A stretch of 64,000 nt of DNA from Candidatus Latescibacterota bacterium (lineage in GTDB: Bacteria; Latescibacterota; UBA2968). The stretch lies in the NCBI GenBank assembly GCA_965116885.1, contig OZ220741.1, forward strand, positions 288,001 to 352,000. Reading direction: 5' to 3'. Position numbers and translations under genes: made by a program. Below, one piece after another: positions 59,697 through 64,000 of this stretch. Every line of letters begins with the position of its first letter. The first letter of the stretch is position 1. The notes under the pieces are model-generated. The model worked only from the letters and a program-made list of their open reading frames with translations, ran no database searches and was not told the origin of the DNA.

Positions 59697-60776
59697 CTAC
59701 GAAAACGCCTGACTCAAATTCTTGCGATGTAAAATAAACCAGATCACAATCGGTGCGCCAATCAGGGACGTCACCGCATTCAGCGGCAAAACAAATTGAC
59801 TACCCGGCAAATGGGCGATCAGATCGGATAGCAGAGCCAGCGTCGCCCCCAGGCAAGTGACCGCAGGCATAAGCACGCGATGATCCGACGTATGCAACAA
59901 ACTACGGCAAAGATGCGGCACAGCCAGACCCAAAAACGCAATCGGACCGCAAAAAGCAGTCGTCGCGCCCGCCAGAATCGACGCACTGACCAAAATCCAT
60001 AAGCGAATACGCTTGACATTCAGCCCCATACTGCGCGCATAATTTTCCCCCAGCAACAGTGCATTGAGCGGCTTAATACACAAAAACGCCAGCAAAAGAC
60101 CCACCAAAATAGCAGAAATGAGCACGGGCATCTGTCGCCAGGTCACACTCCCAAAACTGCCAAAAGTCCACAAAATGTACGACTGGATTTGTTCGGGAAC
60201 ACTAAAATAAATTAGAATACTGACAAAAGCCCCGGTCGCGTACCCAAACATCAACCCCAAAATCAGCAACGTCATCACACTCTGCACACTGCGGGAAACC
60301 AGCAGCACGCACCCCAACACAGCGGCTGCACCCATAATAGCCGCAACCGCCAAACCCAAATCGCCCAGAAAGCCCAACCCCGCGATAAGCACACTACCGA
60401 CCGAACCCACCGTCAGCACCACAATAGCAACGCCGAGACTCGCGCCAGCACTGATACCCAGCACAAAAGGATCAGCCAGCGGATTGCGAAAAAGCGTTTG
60501 CATCTGCAACCCACTCACAGAAAGCGCTGCACCTGCCAGCACTGCGGTAATCGCCTTGGGCAATCGAATTGTATGAACAATAATCGCCCACGCCGGAGAA
60601 GACACTTCTCCGCCCGTAAGAATGCCGAACAAGCCCGCCAACGGAATATGAACGGACCCCAGCGACAAACTCAAGCCGAACGCGATCAGAAGCAGCAAAA
60701 ATAACCCCAGCATAATAACCGCCTGCCGCGATCTCCCCTGCGCTTCATCCTTGTATTGAGCCTCTATACTGTTCAT
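59697..60776 (-). CDS. FecCD/BtuC-family ABC permease
   Basis: IRLPKA, MQTLFRNPLADP, LLGENYARSMG, GPIAFLGL. Confidence 0.92.
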   Translation of the reverse strand: MNSIEAQYKDEAQGRSRQAVIMLGLFLLLLIAFGLSLSLGSVHIPLAGLFGILTGGEVSSPAWAIIVHTIRLPKAITAVLAGAALSVSGLQMQTLFRNPLADPFVLGISAGASLGVAIVVLTVGSVGSVLIAGLGFLGDLGLAVAAIMGAAAVLGCVLLVSRSVQSVMTLLILGLMFGYATGAFVSILIYFSVPEQIQSYILWTFGSFGSVTWRQMPVLISAILVGLLLAFLCIKPLNALLLGENYARSMGLNVKRIRLWILVSASILAGATTAFCGPIAFLGLAVPHLCRSLLHTSDHRVLMPAVTCLGATLALLSDLIAHLPGSQFVLPLNAVTSLIGAPIVIWFILHRKNLSQAFS

Positions 60777-60802
60777 CCTCCCATCCTATCAGACAAGAAT
60801 TT

Positions 60803-60841
60803 TCATCCGCATCCATCTGTTCATCTGCGTTCATCTGCGGA
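60803..60841 (-). repeat. CGCAGATGAA-type repeat supplying the stop codon
   Basis: Minus strand TCCGCAGATGAACGCAGATGAACAGATGGATGCGGATG. Confidence 0.7.
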
Positions 60842-61832
60842 TACTTTTCAGTGCCGCAATCAAATCGGCAATCGAATCGCATTCCCGAACCACGCCATCG
60901 CGCTCAACACACCAGGCATCCCCTTCCCGAATATCGACACGCCACTCAGCCCCCGCAGCTCCCACTTGAAACCCGGCTCTCTCCAGCGCGCGCCTTGTCC
61001 AATAAGCGCGCCGTCCTTCCCCAGACACAGCAACTGAGGCGTGACCGCGTTGTGCATTGAGCTTAAATGCCCCAGTATCCGCGTCAAAACGCACGCCATC
61101 ACTCTGAAACGCGCCTTCAAATGCGCCATTGAGAATTAAATCCTCAGGTGCGCCAGTCTGCAACGCACCCTCAAACGGCAAAAGATAAATGCGGTCTGCA
61201 CAACGCAGTGCCAGATCCAAGTCGTGCGTTGAAAGCAAAATCGCCTTACCCGTAGAATGTGCCAGATCCTGCAACAAAGCCATAATCTCAGCGCGACGAG
61301 GCAAATCGAGAAAAGCCGTAGGCTCATCCAGAATCATAAGATCTGGCTCCTGCGCCAGCGCGCGTGCAATCATAACCTTTTGACGCTCGCCATCGCTGAG
61401 TTCTGCCACATTGCGATATGCCAAATCCTCAGCGCGAGCTGCCCGAATAGCCCAGGAAACAACCCGTTCATCTTCCTCTGTAAAGCGCCCGATCCAATCC
61501 GTATGGGGATATCGCCCCAGACCGACCAGATCGCGCACGGCCATAATACCAACACCAATCCGATCCGTAAGCACCACGCTGATCACCTGGGCAACTTCTG
61601 TAGCAGACATATCCGCGATATCTCGACCCATAAGACAAACCTGCCCATCGAGCGGCGGCTGCATCCCCACAAGCGTGCGAATAAGCGTGGATTTCCCCGC
61701 ACCATTGGGACCGAGCAAACACACAAACTCACCGCGATGGAGCGACACATCCATATTGTGCGCCACGACGCGAGGCGGACGACGGCCGTATTTGTAACCC
61801 ACAGCGAGATTTTTTGTTTTGAGAATTGCCAC
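60831..61832 (-). CDS. Iron/cobalamin-type ABC ATP-binding protein
   Basis: GPNGAGKS, GRYPH, LSDGERQK, LDEPTAFLD, THDL. Confidence 0.92.
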   Translation of the reverse strand: MAILKTKNLAVGYKYGRRPPRVVAHNMDVSLHRGEFVCLLGPNGAGKSTLIRTLVGMQPPLDGQVCLMGRDIADMSATEVAQVISVVLTDRIGVGIMAVRDLVGLGRYPHTDWIGRFTEEDERVVSWAIRAARAEDLAYRNVAELSDGERQKVMIARALAQEPDLMILDEPTAFLDLPRRAEIMALLQDLAHSTGKAILLSTHDLDLALRCADRIYLLPFEGALQTGAPEDLILNGAFEGAFQSDGVRFDADTGAFKLNAQRGHASVAVSGEGRRAYWTRRALERAGFQVGAAGAEWRVDIREGDAWCVERDGVVRECDSIADLIAALKSIRR

Positions 61833-61849
61833 CCTGCACCTCTGTCAAA

Positions 61850-62101
61850 TCATTTCAAAAGTCCAAGACGCTTAAGGTCTTCCTCTTCCCACTGAACTTG
61901 TCGCTCAATGATTGATTTGAGCGTACCGACAGCAAAGGTCTGATTCATATTGTGGAGATGAATAGTCGTCATTCTCCCATCTGGGTGAACAAAAAAACGG
62001 GTCGCGCCTTTTCTTCTGTACTCACGGAACCCGTCTCTTGTTATTGCTCGTATCAATCTGCGTGCTGTCAGTGAACGAAGCCTGCTATAATCAATCGCCA
62101 T
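61850..62101 (-). CDS. hicA: HicA-family toxin
   Basis: LIRAITRDGF, HPDGRMTTIHLH, GTLKSII. Confidence 0.8.
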   Translation of the reverse strand: MAIDYSRLRSLTARRLIRAITRDGFREYRRKGATRFFVHPDGRMTTIHLHNMNQTFAVGTLKSIIERQVQWEEEDLKRLGLLK

Positions 62102-62102
62102 A

Positions 62103-62372
62103 TCAGATAGCTACAGTGACCAGAGGAACATCGCTAACCTGAATCTGTGAAGATGGCTCAGAAGGGATCTCTTCGCCATTCTCCAGCAGATACGCAACAA
62201 GAAGATCAACAGCGTTTTCCAAATTCTCTAACGCCTCTTTCTCAGTATATCCCCAACTCGCAGCCCCTCTATGTTCCAACGCGGGAATATAAGCTCTCCA
62301 GACCGCTTTCGCATCCGGCTCATCGGGCCACTTGTCTTTCTCTAAGACAGCCTTAAATAAATAAGTTTTCAT
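62103..62372 (-). CDS. hicB: HicB-family antitoxin (short form)
   Basis: AYIPAL..GAASWGYTEKEALENLENAV..GEEIP. Confidence 0.85.
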   Translation of the reverse strand: MKTYLFKAVLEKDKWPDEPDAKAVWRAYIPALEHRGAASWGYTEKEALENLENAVDLLVAYLLENGEEIPSEPSSQIQVSDVPLVTVAI

Positions 62373-62403
62373 ATCTTTGTCCTCAGAGTGTTTTTATTTA
62401 CTA

Positions 62404-63993
62404 CTATTTTGTCAGCAACATCTTGCGCGTGACCACATCTGTCCCTGCCTGCAGACGATACACATACATACCCGTACTCACCTGACGCCCAGCAGCGTCA
62501 CGTCCATCCCACACAACCGTATAATTTCCCGCGGACTGGAACTGCTGAACCAGCAACCGAATTTCCTGACCCAGTACATTGTAGATCGCCAATCGAACAT
62601 TCACTGCATCGCCCAAAGAATAGCGAATAGTCGTCGCTGGATTAAACGGATTCGGATGATTCTGATCCAATGAAGCCGTAAAAGGATTGATAAAGCGCAC
62701 ATCACCGTTCAAATTGACCTCATAAGTCACACGGCTTCCGGGCATTATTGGAATACTGGACCACCTCGCAATGATCCCACCACCTGCCGAACGCACGCGC
62801 GCCTGATACATGCCATTCACACGCCTCTGGTCATCCGCCATCACCCTCACCACAGCACGACCCATCTCATCTGTCGTATTATGCCACGCATAATTAGGCA
62901 CGCGACCGGCAATCGAGCGAGAAACCTCCACCGTCAAACCGCTCACATCGCCATCGCCTACAACCTGTACATCCACCAGACCGGCACCCTCGAACGCCGT
63001 ATCGGACTCCAGATAAATACCAGCGCCCACGATAAAAATCCGACCAAAGATATTAAGCGGGATCACGTAGCTCAGCTTGGGCGATTGGGTATCTTCATCT
63101 CCTTCTATCGCCGGATTGTCCCAATAATACTTGACAAAACCGCCCCCCGCTGTCGCCGTCGCGATAATCTCCTGCACAATTTTGACCCCATTAACATCTT
63201 CGACATCAATCATATTCTCCCCATAGGAACTCGGGTCAGCGGTCCCGTGAAAGATCAATACACCACTGGTATCTATCACAAAAATGTAGATCGAACCATG
63301 CTTGAAATCCTCTCCCTCGGTCCTGATTGCAGCCTGAACAGTTGCCAGATAGGGATAACCCTTTTCCTCAATAATGGGAACCAGAACCCTCAAACCCTCT
63401 ACAAAAGCCTTCAGAGTTTCCTTATCCACCACATCACGGGCTGTTACCTCCAGAATATCAAAGATATTTGGCTCGGCATCAACGCCGGACAAATCCATAT
63501 AAAAGCCAGCAGCTACGATCAACTCGAGACCGCGTATAGTAACCGGAGCAGCGTAAGTCAGCTTGGGCGAATCGGCATCTTCTTCCACTGCCGGATCATC
63601 CCAATAATACGCGACAAAACCGCCGCCGCCAGCGGCTGCGGCGAGCATCTCCTGGACAACCTTAACGCCTCTGGCATCTTCGAGATCAAGGACGTTTTTA
63701 TCCTCAAACGTCACATCGCCCCCGTGAAATTGCACGAGACCCTCGGAAGTCAATACCACGAGATACATCGAACCGGCCTTCCAATCTCCCTCGCTCCTGA
63801 ACACCTCCACTAATCTCGAGACCTCAGCAAAGTTAGCAGCGTTCTCTAAGGAATCCTTTGCCCCCTCGACAAAAGCTTTCAGAGTCTCCCGGTCCACCAC
63901 CTCACTCGCCGTTACCTTCATATCCTGAGCAATGGTGGGACGCGCGACAAAAAAGAGACTGGTCAGCCCCAAAATAATTATCAAATATTTCAC
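62404..63993 (-). CDS. Secreted protein with two single-Cache domains and a C-terminal FlgD-Ig/sorting-like domain
   Basis: Signal peptide; two repeats VTA..VVD.ETLKAFVEG..GS.Y..FHG..D..GVK.VQE..GGGFV.YYWD.P..SPKL.Y; tail QNHPNPFNPATTI, IYNVLGQ, WDGRD, GMYVYRL, RKMLLTK. Confidence 0.8.
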   Translation of the reverse strand: MKYLIIILGLTSLFFVARPTIAQDMKVTASEVVDRETLKAFVEGAKDSLENAANFAEVSRLVEVFRSEGDWKAGSMYLVVLTSEGLVQFHGGDVTFEDKNVLDLEDARGVKVVQEMLAAAAGGGGFVAYYWDDPAVEEDADSPKLTYAAPVTIRGLELIVAAGFYMDLSGVDAEPNIFDILEVTARDVVDKETLKAFVEGLRVLVPIIEEKGYPYLATVQAAIRTEGEDFKHGSIYIFVIDTSGVLIFHGTADPSSYGENMIDVEDVNGVKIVQEIIATATAGGGFVKYYWDNPAIEGDEDTQSPKLSYVIPLNIFGRIFIVGAGIYLESDTAFEGAGLVDVQVVGDGDVSGLTVEVSRSIAGRVPNYAWHNTTDEMGRAVVRVMADDQRRVNGMYQARVRSAGGGIIARWSSIPIMPGSRVTYEVNLNGDVRFINPFTASLDQNHPNPFNPATTIRYSLGDAVNVRLAIYNVLGQEIRLLVQQFQSAGNYTVVWDGRDAAGRQVSTGMYVYRLQAGTDVVTRKMLLTK

Positions 63994-64000
63994 AATAGCC

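Noticed and set aside
42046..62404. Cobalamin riboswitch ahead of cobQ, cbiM or the Btu-like ABC genes
   Set aside because: No B12-box pattern seen, and those intergenic gaps are too short or otherwise explained; a cmscan would be decisive.
62881..63813. 310-aa plus-strand ORF and similar long antisense ORFs (7712-8560, 40454-41392, 42144-42878, 52272-53102)
   Set aside because: Fully antisense to well-supported genes, with no recognisable motifs.
1..64000. tRNA, rRNA, prophage or reverse-transcriptase genes
   Set aside because: No cloverleaf, rRNA-like tract, phage structural gene or YADD-type RT motif recognised.

Overview
Bacterial chromosomal segment of roughly 50% GC by eye; gene content is reminiscent of Latescibacterota/Gemmatimonadota-like marine or sponge-associated genomes (inference only). 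It mixes housekeeping genes (RluA family, psd, rimO, folA, thyA, ZTP-riboswitch-controlled AICAR formyltransferase, cobQ) and catabolic genes with three accessory blocks. (1) An AT-rich mini defence island at 3.2-6.1 kb: putAbiC, a small acidic ORF and an orphan RloA-like AAA ATPase. (2) A REP-bracketed 8.5 kb defence island at 12.9-21.6 kb: an RloA-RloB-Dsr1-like SIR2 operon followed by a cassette-like array in which three genes are each preceded by a copy of the higA 3' end plus a promoter, and two genes are followed by a shared terminator. (3) A ~19 kb co-oriented metal-homeostasis island at 39.6-58.7 kb: leaderless Fur-family regulator, a MITE-split cbiMN fusion, a CbiQO fusion, two COG0523 GTPases around a WD40 gene, a Zrg-like ABC system, a MerC-domain gene, and a 3.3 kb tandem duplication of DUF2946-like RSPP leader + lipoprotein + TonB-dependent receptor. 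Also present: a tnpA-less IS200/IS605 element with intact TnpB, a MerR-sigma70 operon with twin operators, a hicB-hicA pair, and several dispersed repeat families. All protein calls rest on motif recognition by eye; no searches were run.
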